Assembly (NCBI GenBank): GCA_964016885.1
Contig: OZ024757.1
Span: forward strand, 31,930,001-31,994,000
Reading direction: 5' to 3'
DNA: 64,000 nucleotides
Origin: Eledone cirrhosa
Taxonomy: Eukaryota
The notes beneath the pieces are model-generated. The model ran no database searches and was not told the DNA's origin. It was given only the letters and a program-made list of their open reading frames with translations. How positions within the stretch are numbered: the stretch's first letter is position 1; each line of letters begins with the position of its first letter. The translations under genes were made by a program, and so were the position numbers. Shown here in pieces: positions 22,055-34,265 of the stretch.

Positions 22055-25000
22055 CCAGGGAGTGTAACTTGGGATTACTGTAGGTTCACCCGGGTGAGCA
22101 CTCGATGTTTCGGTTCAATCCTGTGTCGAGGTGTAGAGCTAGACAGAATGTATTATAGTAAAATAAAACAAGGACGAGTGGTGACTCCTTCATTACGTTT
22201 ATTGGTTGGTGACGCGCGTTTCGCCACTGATCAGCTCAAGGTTCGATCTGTATCGATCTAGCCCGACTCTGTAATCCACAGCTCGTGAGACCCCTTATAA
22301 TGGTGATGCAAAAAAAAAAATATATATATATATATATATTTGTGTGTGTCTAGTATACTCTGTAAAGTGGTTGGTGATAGAAATGGCATCCAGCTGCAGA
22401 AAACCTGCCAAACAAAGGGCCTGTGACACAACTAAAGGGTCCTCTCAGCCCATTTAGCATGGTTTCTACAGCAGGGTGCCCTTCCTGTCACCAACCACCC
22501 TATATATATGTGTGTGTATTTATCTCTCTATAGACATAACAACCTCCCTAGTGTTGGTGATTTATATGATAAACATACCCAGTACACCCTATATAAGTGC
22601 TTGGTGATAGGAAGGGTATCCAGCCATAGAAAACTTACCAAACAAAGGCTCAGGAAAGCTCTTTAGATGTACAATAGGGGTACCCTTCCTGTCACTAACC
22701 ACCCTATGTATGTGTATATCTATCTATCTCTCTCTCTCTCTATATATATATATATAGACATGAGAACCTCCCTAGTATTGGGTATTTATAAAAGTGGTTG
22801 GTGATAGGAAAGGTATCCAGCCATAGAAAACTTAACAAACAGTGTCAGGAAAACGCTTTAGATATACTATAGAGGTACCCTTCCTGTCACCAACCACGCT
22901 ATGTATGTGTCTATCTGTCTACCTACCTATTTATCTATATGTATGTCTATATATACTTTTAGGATCCAGCCAAACTTTGACACAAGAAAGAAACAATTGG
23001 AAGCATGGTGTTATTTGATTCTTGATTATTGTAAATACCACAAAATCTACTGCTTGGATATCACTGAATCCCAGAGCTCTGTTCTCTTCTTCAACAAAAA
23101 GTTAAACAGTATCCTTTACATTTTCAATGCAATATACATACACACACAGACACATATATATATATGAAGGCACATGGCTTAGTGGTTAGAGCATTGGGCT
23201 TGCAATCGAAAGGTTGTGAGTTCAATTCTCAGACCGGGTGATGTGTTGTTTCCTTGAGCAAGACACTTTATTTCACATTGCTCCAGTTTACTCAGCTGTA
23301 GAAATGAGATGATAGGGACTGGGGTCCCTATCATTCCACTGCAAAGTGGTCGTGTAGGTGCCATGGCAAAAAAAGAAAGCACCCAGCACTCACTGTAAAT
23401 GAGGAAGGGCATCCAGCTGTAGCAATCAAGCCAGAATCAGTTCCCGTCCCACCCTTCCAATCAGGGAAAAGTAGACGTAAAATGATGATGATGATGATAT
23501 ATATATATCATCATTGTTTAATGTCTACCTTCCATGCTAGCATGGGATATATATATATATATAGACAGTCCTATACGAGCAGGACAACAAATGTTGCCTC
23601 AGGTTGTTTTTTCATATATGAGTGTTTGAATTTCTTTTTACTTAAAAAAAAGGGGCTCACCAAGGCTTTTGTTTAATATATATATATATATATATCATCA
23701 TCATCATCGTTTAATGTCCATTATCCACTCTAGCATGGATTAGATGGGTTATCCCATTAGAGGCAAGTCGGGTCAGGTGACCATGTCTTGCTCATATAGG
23801 ACTGTTTCTGGATAGGTTTCTACGGCTGGATGCCCTTCCTAATGCCAACCACATTTACAATGTGTGCTGAGTGCTTTTTATCGTGATACCTACACAATCA
23901 CTTTACAGTGTGGGCTGGGTGCTTTTTGTTGTGCAACCTACACAACCACATTACAGTGTCAGGAGATTGTTACTATGTTCTGTGTTACTGAATTCTTCCT
24001 TGACCTCTGACCAGGGAAACTTTCAACCGATTCATTGATGACCATTCTGGATGAACTCAAGAAGAAAGGTAATATCTCACATAAATTTATATATTTATTC
24101 AGAGAAATAATTTGAAATGTTGAACACAAGGAACAACTGTTACAACAGCCAGGTGCTGTCAATGACAACTGCATGTAATTTGGTTAAAAATACATCTAAG
24201 GACAGCTACTTTTTGTGTTCGAATTTTCAAATTATTCTTATGAATTTCAAATACTCTCAGACATAGTCTCAGTGATTTCTGAGGCAACAATGTTTATTTA
24301 TGAATTTATATATTTATATAGTACAATGTCAATGTCAAGTTGAGAAAGAAACTGGGTATAAGAGGGATAAGTTGTGGTGTGCAGGAGAGAAGACTGAGAT
24401 GGTATGGACATGTTATGCACATGGAGGATGAACGCTGGGTAAAGAAGTGCCAAGAAATCCCAGTAGAAGGAAGACGCAGTAGAGGTAGACCACGAAAAAC
24501 ATGGGCGGAGGTGGTGAGAGCTGACCTCAGATCGCTGAGACTCATGGAGGAGATGATGAAGGACTGTGAAAAGTGGAGAGATGCTGTGCTGAATAGGACC
24601 TGTCCCACCCTTGCAAGCAGGGAAAAGCGGACGTAAAATGATGATGATATAGTTATTTCTGTACTACACACTGCAGACTTACTATAATAAAGTGGGGTAC
24701 TATCTTACTATAGTATAGAGGTACTACCACACTATAGTATAGAGGGATACTACTTCTCTATAGTATAGGGGGCACTACCTCACTATAGTATAGAGGTACT
24801 ACCTCACTATAGTATGGGGAGTACTACTTTGCTATAGTATAGGGGTACTACCTTACTATACTATAGTAAGGTACTACCTCACTCTAATATAAGGGGATAC
24901 ATACTACCTCTATAGTATAGGGGAGTACTACCTCACTATAATATAATGGGGTAGTGCCTGACTATAGTATAGGGAGTACTACCTCTACCTCTCTATAGTG

Positions 25001-28000
25001 TAGGGGTACTACATCTCTATAGTATAGGGAGTAGTGTTGGGGATACCAGCTCTATAATATAGTGGGGTTCTACCTCGCTATAGTATAGAAGCTCTTTCAT
25101 ATAATTGTTTCTACTTTTGGCACAAGGCCAGCAATTACCCCCAGTGCATTACCGGTACTTTATTTTATCGACCCCGTAAGGATGAAAGGCTAAGTTAACC
25201 TCGGCGGGATTTGAACCCAGACCATAAAGGGCCGTAACTCTATGCTGCAAAGCATGGCGTCCGACCCTCTACTGATACTGTCAATGTCAGTCCAAAGTAA
25301 CAAGAGTCCACTTCTGTGTTTTGTCTTGACCAGGTCATCTAGAATGGACAGACAAATCAAAACGACAGTTCACTGTTGTATGGCGTACAAACGAGGAGTG
25401 GGGTAAACTTATTTACAAATATGTAAGTATTAACCTTTATGTTACATTTTCTTGTGGCCTAGTGGTAAGGGTGTTGGACTCACACATAATGTTGTGGGTT
25501 CAATTCCTTGACTGGGCTGTGTGTTATGTTCTTAAGCCAGACCTTTCATTTCACATTGCTTTTCATAATAGAACTGGAGCTCCCGTTATTAAAACACTCA
25601 TAGTTACAAGATATTACTGGGTCTCCTTTCATTAAAACACCCAAGAAATATTACTGGAGCCCCTATCATTAAAACATTTGAGAAACCTAATATGAGAAAC
25701 AACCTCATAGAAGGCCAGCTAAACCTACATAGCTGTGAGTTGTAACAAGATATTACAGGGGTCCACTATCATTAAAACACCCAAGAAACCTCTTGTGAGA
25801 AACAACCCCATAGAAGGCCAGCTAAACCTACATAGGAGTGAGTTGTAACAAGATATTACTGGGGTCCACTATCATTAAAACACCCAAGAAACCTCTTGTG
25901 AGAAACAACCCCATAGAAGGCCAGCTAAACCTACATAGCTGTGAGTTGTAACAAGATATTACAGGGGCCCACTATCATTAAAACACCCAAGAAACCTCTT
26001 GTGAGAAACAACCCCATAGAAGGCCAGCTAAACCTACATAGCTGTGAGTTGTAACAAGATATTACAGGGGCCCACTATCATTAAAACACCCAAGAAACCT
26101 CTTGTGAGAAACAACCCCATAGAAGGCCAGCTAAACCTACATAGCTGTGAGTTGTAACAAGATATTACAGGGGCCCACTATCATTAAAACACCCAAGAAA
26201 CCTCTTGTGAGAAACAACCCCATAGAAGGCCAGCTAAACCTACATAGCTGTGAGTTGTAACAAGATATTACAGGGGCCCACTATCATTAAAACACCCAAG
26301 AAACCTCTTGTGAGAAACAACCCCATAGAAGGCCAGCTAAACCTACATAGCTGTGAGTTGTAACAAGATATTACTGGGGCCCACTATCATTAAAACACCC
26401 AAGAAACCTCTTGTGAGAAATAACCCCATAGAAGGCCAGCTAAACCTACATAGGAGTGAACTGCAACAACATGGAAGGATTCGGGTCCCTATCATTAAAT
26501 CACCTGAGAAACCTCCTATGAGACATAATCTCGTAAAAGGCTTGCTAAACCTACCTACATAGGTGTGAGCTGTAACAACAACATAGTAGGATTGGGGCCC
26601 CTATCATTAAAACACCCCCAAAAACCTCCTTTAAGATACAATCTCGTAGGAAGCAAGCTAAACCTGTGTAGGAGTTAGCTGTAAATTTCATTTTTTTTTT
26701 AAATTTTTTATTTTCTACATTCTCTCTTCTTCACTGTTTCTCTCTTCTCTATATAATGATTTCTCCCTCCCGAACCAGCTAGGAATAGCAGCCAAGTGAC
26801 CCTTATATGACATTATCATTGTTATCATTTTTTCATCATGTCATAGTAAAATACACCCAGTACATTCTGTAAAATGGTAGTGCTGGTGCTACGATAAAAT
26901 ACACCCAGTACATTCTGTAAAATGGCAGTGCTGGTGCTACGATAAAATACACCCAGTACATTCTGTAAAATGGCAGTGCTGGTGCTACGATAAAATACAC
27001 CCAGTACATTCTGTAAAATGGCAGTGCTGGTGCTACGATAAAATACACCCAGTACATTCTGTAAGGTGGTAGTGCTGGTGCTACAATAAAATACACCCAG
27101 TACATTCTGTAAGGTGGTAGTGCTGGTGCTACGATAAAATACACCCAGTACATTCTGTAAAATGGCAGTGCTGGTGCTATGATAAAATACACCCAGTACA
27201 TTCTGTAAAATGGCAGTGCTGGTGCTATGATAAAATACACCCAGTACATTCTGTAAGGTGGCAGTGCTGGTGCTATGATAAAATACACCCAGTACATTCT
27301 GTAAAATGGTAGTGCTGGTGCTATGATAAAATACACCCAGTACATTCTGTAAAATGGCAGTGCTGGTGCTATGATAAAATACACCCAGTACATTCTGTAA
27401 AATGGCAGTGCTGGTGCTATGATAAAATACACCCAGTGCATTCTGTAAAATGGTAGTGCTGGTGCTATGATAAAATACACCCAGTACATTCTGTAAAATG
27501 GCAGTGCTGGTGCTACGATAAAATACACCCAGTACATTCTGTAAAATGGCAGTGCTGGTGCTATGATAAAATACACCCAGTACATTCTGTAAAATGGCAG
27601 TGCTGGTGCTACGATAAAATACACCCAGTACATTCTGTAAAATGGCAGTGCTGGTGCTACGATAAAATACACCCAGTACATTCTGTAAGGTGGTAGTGCT
27701 GGTGCTACGATAAAATACACCCAGTACATTCTGTAAGGTGATAGTGCTGGTGCTACGATAAAATACACCCAGTACATTCTGTAAGGTGGTAGTGCTGGTG
27801 CTACGATAAAATACACCCAGTACATTCTGTAAGGTGATAGTGCTGGTGTTACGATAAAATACACCCAGTACATTCTGTAAGGTGGCAGTGCTGGTGCTAC
27901 GATAAAATACACCCAGTACATTCTGTAAAGTGATAGTGCTGGTGCTACGATAAAATACATCCAGTACACTCAGTAAGGTGGCAGTGCTGGTGCTACGATA

Positions 28001-30969
28001 AAATACACCCAGTTCACTCAGTAAGGTGGCAGTGCTGGTGCTATGATAAAATACACCCAGTACACTCTGTAAGGTGGCAGTGCTGGTGCTATGATAAAAT
28101 ACACCCAGTACATTCTGTAAAGTGGTAGTGCGGGTACCATGATAAAATACACCCAGTACACTCTGTAAAGGGGTAGTGCGGGTACCATGATAAAATACAC
28201 TGTTGCCTTAATGACCAGTGTTCTTTCCTTATTTTTATTGATTGTTCATTAAGTTTTGTGTAATTTTTATTTCAGATCACAGACAATGGAATGACTCACA
28301 CAGTGTGTACACTGTACGAGTTGACCTCTGGTGAAGATACAGTTAATAAAGGTGAGTTGTTAGAGTATGTAGGGTCAATAAAATACCAGTCATTATACTG
28401 GGGTTGTTAGAATTGATATCCTTCTCTTCAAACATGTGGCATTGTATCTATTGTGATGTTGGTGGTGGTGGCAGCAGTGACATTTAAGAAAAACATTTTG
28501 CTTTGTCTGTCTAGTGTCCCCTTCTTCCATTGCCCTTCTGTCAGATAAAGAAATTAAATTCCTGTTAAAGGTGGTGGATTGGCAGAATCATTAGAATGTG
28601 AGGACAAAAATATCTTTGTAGTATTTCTTCCAGGTCTTTAAATTCTGAGTTCAAATCCCACCGAAATTAACTTTTATGTTGCTTTGGACCGGTTATTTTA
28701 GGTAATAACTGTTTCTACCTTTTGGCACAAGGCCAGCAATTACCCAGTGTATTATTGGTACTTTATTTTATCGACCCCCGTAAGGATGAAAGGCAAAGTC
28801 AACCTCGGTGGGATTTGAACTCAGAATGGCAAGGGCCGTAACTCAATGCGTCAAAGCATGGCGTCCGACCCTCTACCGATACTGCCAATCCACCGCCCTT
28901 TTAGATATTTTAGGTAATAACAGGCTACAACTAGTAACTTAGGGTAACTCCAACATTCTCATATCATTCCTTGTCATTTCACTATTGCTTGTAGTCTAGA
29001 ACCTTTCTCAATATTCAAGCTATTCCCAGTAGGATGTCTTCTGGAACGGTTCAATTGTTTGTGCAAAGTCTATTTTTGGCAGGTTCTTTATCATCATGCC
29101 CACTGGGACAATGGTGACTGTCTTCACTTCATTACTCCCCCGTTTGAAGGTCTCATATTTTAAATCGGGATACGCCCTTACTTCTCTTTTCACTCAGTTC
29201 TGGTGTCAAAGGGACATGCTACATCTATGAGGGTACAGTTTCTTTCCTTCTTCTCAATTACAATACCTGGTCTGTTGTGTTCAATCTTCATCTAAGTCTA
29301 AATTGGGAAGACTCTTAAGAGCTTTATATTTTCATTCTCTAGCACTCTCATCTTATTTGTGACCCCATAATCATAGGTATTTTTCTGAACACGGAAATTC
29401 CTACTTTTTTACAAAAGAGCCAGTGCAATGTGGTAGCCACCTTATCATGTCTTGTCTTTTTTTGTAATCAAGCCTGTGTGAGATGCGCGATGCTGCATGG
29501 TAGTGAGACATGGACAGCAACTGCGGAGGATAGGCAACGGCTGAAGAGACATGAAGCAAGCATGCTCCGTGGGATGTGCAATGTCAATGTGTGTGAACGA
29601 CCAAGCATAGATGAGTTGAGAGAGAAACTGTATAAGAGGGATAAGTTGTAGTGTGCGGGAGAGAAGACTGCATTGGTATGGACATGTGATGCGCACGGAG
29701 GATGACCGATGGGTAAAGAAGTGCCAAGAAATCCCAGTAGAAGGAAGCCACAGTCGAGGAAGACGACGAAAAACATGTGCGGAGGTGGTGAGAGCAGACC
29801 TCAGATCGCTGAAACTCACAGAGGAGATGACGAAGGACTGTGATGAATGGAGAGATGCCATGCTGAATAGGACCTGTCCCACCCTTGCAAGCAGGGAAAA
29901 GCGGATGTAAAATGATGATTCTGGGCTAACTGCTTACACTCTGAAACAATATTTGCAACTATCTCTGCTTTCTCTTCACAGATTCAGCATTCAGATTGAA
30001 CATCTTTCTTGTCTGTTTTTCATTACCCACCTTGTTCTTATGGTTTGATCTTGTACTGCTAATATAAGTCTTGATTCTTTCTTAATGTAGCATTTCTGTA
30101 GCCATAACCAAATATTTCTGTTATCACATGTTTCTCGTTTCCTTAACCCTTCAGCATTTACATTACTCTATATCTACTATTATATTTTCATGGTAAAGGC
30201 TTTACCTCACATAATATCGAATCTATGAGATTTTGATATTATTTATTTTGAGAACAATAACTTAACATCAGTACGAGAGGCCAGTTACAGCTGGTTTGAA
30301 CAGAAAGAGGTGAGAGAATTCTGGTTGGATATGGCTAGTTTAAATGTTAAAGAGTTAAGGAATGCTGAATGCAGGGGCTTTTCATCAAATGCTTTTCTAC
30401 GCTCTTTAGTAATCTCAGTCTTTGTGTTTTCTGGGTCTCCATTTTTCTCAAATATTCCTGCTCCTTAAAACCTCCAACTTTTCTTATTTTTTATGTAGAT
30501 GCCCATACCACTTTCTTCTAGTTTGACAGCATCCTATATGCTCAGCCATCTCCTACTTACTTCCTTTTCCTATGAAGCTTGTTTGCATCACCTATGGCAG
30601 AATCGGTAGAGAGTCAGACATACTGCTTCGCCCTTTACATTCTGAGTTTAAATCCTGCCGAGGTTAGCTTTGTCTTTCATCCTTATGGGTTCAATAAAAT
30701 AAAGTACCAGTAATGCACTGGTGTCGGTTTAATCGACTTTTCCCTTCCCTCAAAATTGCTGGCCTTGTGCCCATATCAGAAACCATTATTATTTTTATTT
30801 TTTTATTTTTTGAAATTATTATTTTTATTATTATTATTGTTGTATGTCTTTTGTAGAATTTCATGGACTGGAGAAACCTTTGCTGATTAAAGCCTTAAAG
30901 ACTTTGGAGAATGAGGGCAAAGCAGAGCTGATGCTGGCGGAGGCTAGCGAAGGAGTGAAATTCTTTTGA
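20222..30969 (+). CDS. VPS25: ESCRT-II subunit VPS25 (EAP20), spliced CDS: join(20222..20271, 22963..23108, 24015..24068, 25334..25422, 28276..28351, 30857..30969); 528 nt, 175 aa
   Basis: Hand-spliced: [175 protein letters not shown]. Diagnostic motifs: WPWQYxFPPFFTxQP, [18 protein letters not shown] and a GVKFF C-terminus. Confidence 0.97.
20542..20648. mobile_element. Tc1/mariner-type MITE (about 107 bp); relatives at about 16264-16347, 39030-39125, 57593-57680, 62830-62926
   Basis: CAGGGTGTCCCCCAAAATGTATACACACTT ... AAGTGTGTATACATTTT..GGGGGAACACCCTG, TA-flanked. Confidence 0.8.
21548..21738 (+). mobile_element. Short (TA)n-inserted fold-back element, family P; other copies 42314-42505 (+), 62221-62410 (-), 5131-5385 (-), partial 32340-32478
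   Basis: About 110-bp near-perfect palindrome plus a conserved tail TATTAC.CACTCTACTACCC.AAGTAT.GAGTACT.TGGTGCGTTATGGTCCA.CTGGTTCCTTA; microsatellite (mostly TA) flanks. Confidence 0.8.
21898..21988 (-). ncRNA. Type I hammerhead ribozyme motif with a one-nt insertion in the core
   Basis: CGUGU-CUGAAAGA-long stem II-GAAAC-AUUU-GUA-ACACG, then AATAAA. Confidence 0.6.
22963..23108 (+). CDS. VPS25: VPS25 exon 2
   Basis: Acceptor ttttAG; ends at U12-type donor GTATCCTTT. Confidence 0.95.
23109..24014 (+). other. U12-type (minor spliceosome) GT-AG intron, VPS25 intron 2
   Basis: 5' site GTATCCTTT; branch site TTCCTTGAC at 23996-24004, 10 nt before the end of the intron; no long polypyrimidine tract. 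Confidence 0.9.
24015..24068 (+). CDS. VPS25: VPS25 exon 3 ([18 protein letters not shown])
   Basis: Preceded by U12 branch site TTCCTTGAC and CAG; donor GTAATA. Confidence 0.93.
24322..24648 (+). mobile_element. RTE LINE 3' fragment (partner of SINE A); related copies 29470-29918 (+), 1215-1416 (-), 2470-2730 (-)
   Basis: [34 protein letters not shown] motif; (ATG)n tail. Confidence 0.9.
24680..25090. repeat. Degenerate tandem repeat of about 27-29 bp (CTATAGTATAGGGG.TACTACCTCA)
   Basis: Recurrent CTATAGTAT core. Confidence 0.75.
25334..25422 (+). CDS. VPS25: VPS25 exon 4 (GHLEW...[10 protein letters not shown])
   Basis: AG / GTAAGT boundaries; conserved motif. Confidence 0.95.
25600..26685. 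repeat. 103-bp tandem repeat (about 8 near-identical units plus diverged terminal units) in VPS25 intron 4
   Basis: GAAACAACCCCATAGAAGG recurs at 25799, 25902, 26005, 26108... Confidence 0.9.
26841..28200. repeat. 48-bp minisatellite (about 28 units) in VPS25 intron 4
   Basis: Unit ATGGCAGTGCTGGTGCTACGATAAAATACACCCAGTACATTCTGTAAA. Confidence 0.93.
28276..28351 (+). CDS. VPS25: VPS25 exon 5 (ITDNG...[14 protein letters not shown])
   Basis: tttatttcAG / GTGAGT boundaries. Confidence 0.95.
28950..30140 (-). mobile_element. Decayed RLE-type (R4/Dong-like) non-LTR retrotransposon 3' region, interrupted by the RTE insert at 29470-29918
   Basis: Minus-strand remnants: zinc-knuckle-like ..[22 protein letters not shown], then RHDKVA, then [27 protein letters not shown] (PD..D endonuclease-type motif). 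Confidence 0.7.
30857..30969 (+). CDS. VPS25: VPS25 exon 6 (EFHGL...GVKFF*)
   Basis: ttttgtAG acceptor; TGA at 30967-30969. Confidence 0.96.
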
Positions 30970-31538
30970 ATGAGCATATTTAGTACTCCATCATCTCTGC
31001 ATCCTTATACATACACACACACATACTCACACACACATATATATATATATATAATATATTATATGCATGTATGTATGCATATGTGTGTTGTGTATTGGTG
31101 GTGATAAATCAAAAGTATATATATATATATATTTAATATAGAAATGGCTTCTACAGAACTAGAACTGTTTAATTCAGAGGAAATCATCAGGAAAGCCCTG
31201 ATGATTTCATATATATGTATGTGTATATATATATATATTGGTCATAAACTTTAAACTTTTCCACTCATGGGTAATTTTGATCAAACAGCTTATTTGTTTC
31301 ATTGGGCTAAATTTTATGAGCCCAAGCTAGCCTATTTAAATTTTGTTCATACAACATCATAAAGTTGAAACAAAACTCTATTTTCTCAATGAATTTGTGA
31401 ATTAAAACCATTCAAGTTAATCTTATTCTTAATAGTTTGGGTGAGAATTTGTCAGCCTGAGTCACGTTTTGGAGTTTCAGCAAATATAACTAGTGAAGAA
31501 TGAATGTTATGTTTTGAGCTATTTGTTGTTGGTTTTGA

Positions 31539-31544
31539 AATAAA
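31539..31544 (+). promoter_or_regulatory. Candidate VPS25 polyadenylation signal AATAAA (alternative at 32222)
   Basis: AATAAA about 570 nt downstream of the stop codon in non-repetitive 3' sequence. Confidence 0.35.
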
Positions 31545-31726
31545 CTGTAGGGTTACTTTGTCTAAGACCTAGTAAGCCCAAGTGCTGGAGTTGTCACAGG
31601 GTATCCCCCCGAAATGTATACACACTTTAAATTATAATCTTTCAGCATAATTTTATATAAAAACAATATGTTAAGTTACTATTCTAGAACTGAAATGATT
31701 AATAATTTTAGTAAATCTTTACTTAA

Positions 31727-31946
31727 CCCTTTAGCATTTTCATTACTCTATATTTACTATTGTATTTCATTTTTTTTTGGTAAACACTTTATTTCACATA
31801 ATTAACTCACATAATATTGAACCTATGAAATTTTGATATTTATTTTGAGAACAATACCTTAACATAAGTATGAGCAGGCGGTTATGGCCGGTTTGAACAG
31901 AAAGAGGTGAGAGATCTCTGGCCGCATATGGCCGGTTTAAAAAGGG
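31727..31946. mobile_element. piggyBac-type MITE with TTAA TSD; relatives 30147-30354, about 2730-3082, about 35075-35340
   Basis: TTAA|CCCTTT...AAAGGG|TTAA; internal sequence shared among copies. Confidence 0.75.
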
Positions 31947-32473
31947 TTAAACCCTTTTTATGCATAAAATACTACAATTTGCCATCATTCTTGATGGCAC
32001 GGAGTCAACTAGTTTTATATTGGAACCATATCTTAAGCTAGTTTTAGTAATAAAATAATTAAATTATAGCATATTACTCATTTTTAATTAAAGGGTTCCT
32101 ATATAGATTAACATTTTCTAACTTAATTTTATATGAGAACCATATGTTAAGTTACTATCATAGTAAGGAAATAATTAATAGTTTTTGTAAATCCCTCCCA
32201 AATTCTTAATTACTTAATTGAAATAAAGTGTTTCTCTTTACATTAAAATATTTCAATATAATTCTATCTAAGAACCATATGTTAAGTTACTGTTTTAGTA
32301 ATGAAATAATTAATGATTTTAATAAATCTCTTCATTAATTCCAGAAATAGCTGCCAAAACGGCTTGAGCTCTGCCTTCGGGGTTAAACTTTTTCCTATTA
32401 CTTACTCTACTACCCTAAGTATTGAGAACTCTGGTGCGTTATGGTCCATCTGGTTCCTTACCACACTTCCTTC

Positions 32474-32513
<40 letters not shown>

Positions 32514-32555
32514 TTCAAAATATTAACAAAATAGATATTCTTGTGATCAAGTATA

Positions 32556-32618
32556 TTTTATTATACATATTTCAGAGGTACTGAGTTAACTTCAACAGTA
32601 CGTCCTCATCAGATAAAA
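32556..32618 (-). ncRNA. Type I hammerhead ribozyme motif
   Basis: UUUUAU-CUGAUGA-GGACGUACUG..CAGUACCUCU-GAAA-UAUGUA-UA-AUAAAA. Confidence 0.72.
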
Positions 32619-34265
32619 TGAGATGATGCATGACATACCCCTACAAAGTAGATGGTTAAGATTCAGTCATGGTCCAATCTATTGTAAAACTCATTTTTTG
32701 ATTTATTCACTGAACCTTGTTTAACTTTTAAATATATATATATATATAAATATATATATATATATCTATATATATATATCTATAGTGAAAAATGGAACGG
32801 GAACAAAACAGAGGCAGTACAAACAAAGGTTTATTAGTTTCACGCTCTTGAGAGTGGGTGGGGTGGGGTGGGGAATGACGTTTCGGGCATAAGCCCTTCA
32901 GGAGAAAAGTGGGTGGGAAGAGAGTTCCGAGGGTATGTGGGGGAGTGGTGGAGAGACATTTAGAAAGGGGAGGAAAAAACGGTGGAAGGGGTACAAATAA
33001 AAATAAACAAAGATAAACAATGGTGGAAGGATGTGGGGCGTGTAGGGGTGGGTGAGGGAGGCGGGGAGGGCTGAAGGTGGTGTTTGTGTGTGTGTGTATA
33101 TGAATGTGAGAGTTGGGGGAAGAACGAGGTTCCATGTTCAGGAAAAGGTGCGTGTGGATGGGGAGAGGATTCCGGAGGCTGGGTGTGTATATATGTGGGG
33201 GTACGCACGTGTGTGTTGGTGTTTATACGTTTTGTTGTGGATGTAGGTGGCGTGGTTCGAAAAAAAATTGTGAGTGTATGTCCGTGGGTAAGTTCCTAAG
33301 GTAGTTCCGTAGAGGGTGTGAAGGGATGCCGGATATTTTCCATGTTTTGGAGTGGATAGTGGGAACGATGGCCGATGGTGTGTAATCCGTTGGTTGTGGT
33401 CGTCGGAAGAGGGAAGATGAGGGGTGCGAGCAACAGGAAGTAGTCAGAGGGTCAAGGCAGGATGAGGGTAGAGGAGAGGACTGTGTGCGGAGAAGTGGTC
33501 AGAGGGTCAAGGCAGGCGAAGGCATAGCAGCAGTAGAGGAGAATGGCAGGTGGAGAAAGTCAGTATGTGTGGAGGTGCGGTGGACAGGGGAGAGGATGGG
33601 TAGGTGTGAAAGGTGGAGTGGGGGGGTGTATTAGTAGAGGTGTGGGTGGAGCGGGGAGAGAAAAGGCGTGGGGGACGGTGGAGGGAGTGTAGTGTACTGG
33701 TGTGTGTGTGTGGTGAAGGGGATGTTAGTGGGTGTTAGTATACTGGTGGTGGGGAAAGGGTTGAATGCGGGTGTGTTAGTGGGGGGTCAGTGGTGGTATA
33801 GTCTTATACGAGCAAGACACGGTCACCTGATCGATCTTGCCTCGAGTGGAACAATTCCTGTCTAACCCATGCTAGCGTGGAAGATAGACATTAGACGATG
33901 ACGACGATCATATATATATATATATATATATATTCCAATCCTGACTAGAAGGTGCCTATCCTTTGAAACAAGAGGTAAAGTGTTTAATATTTTAATGTCT
34001 GTGTTTGTTCTGGGTTGTATGGTGGTGAGGGTTGGACTCCTTGGAACCACAAATATCTGGGACAGTTTTTGTTAAGTGGATCACATTATTATGTGTAGAG
34101 GATCGGATGCCATGCTTTGACGCATAAAGTTACGGCCCTTGCCATTCTGAGCTCAAATCCCGCCGAGGTTGACTTTGCCTTTCATCCTTACGGGGTCGAT
34201 AAAATAAAGTACCAGTAATGTACTGGGTAATTGCTGGCCTTGTGCCTAAAGTAGAAACAATTAAT

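Noticed and set aside
26836-27969. 377-aa repetitive ORF ([16 protein letters not shown])n, and the 251-aa ORF at 14352
   Set aside because: Intronic 48-bp SINE-derived minisatellites; the frames are open only because the unit length is a multiple of 3.
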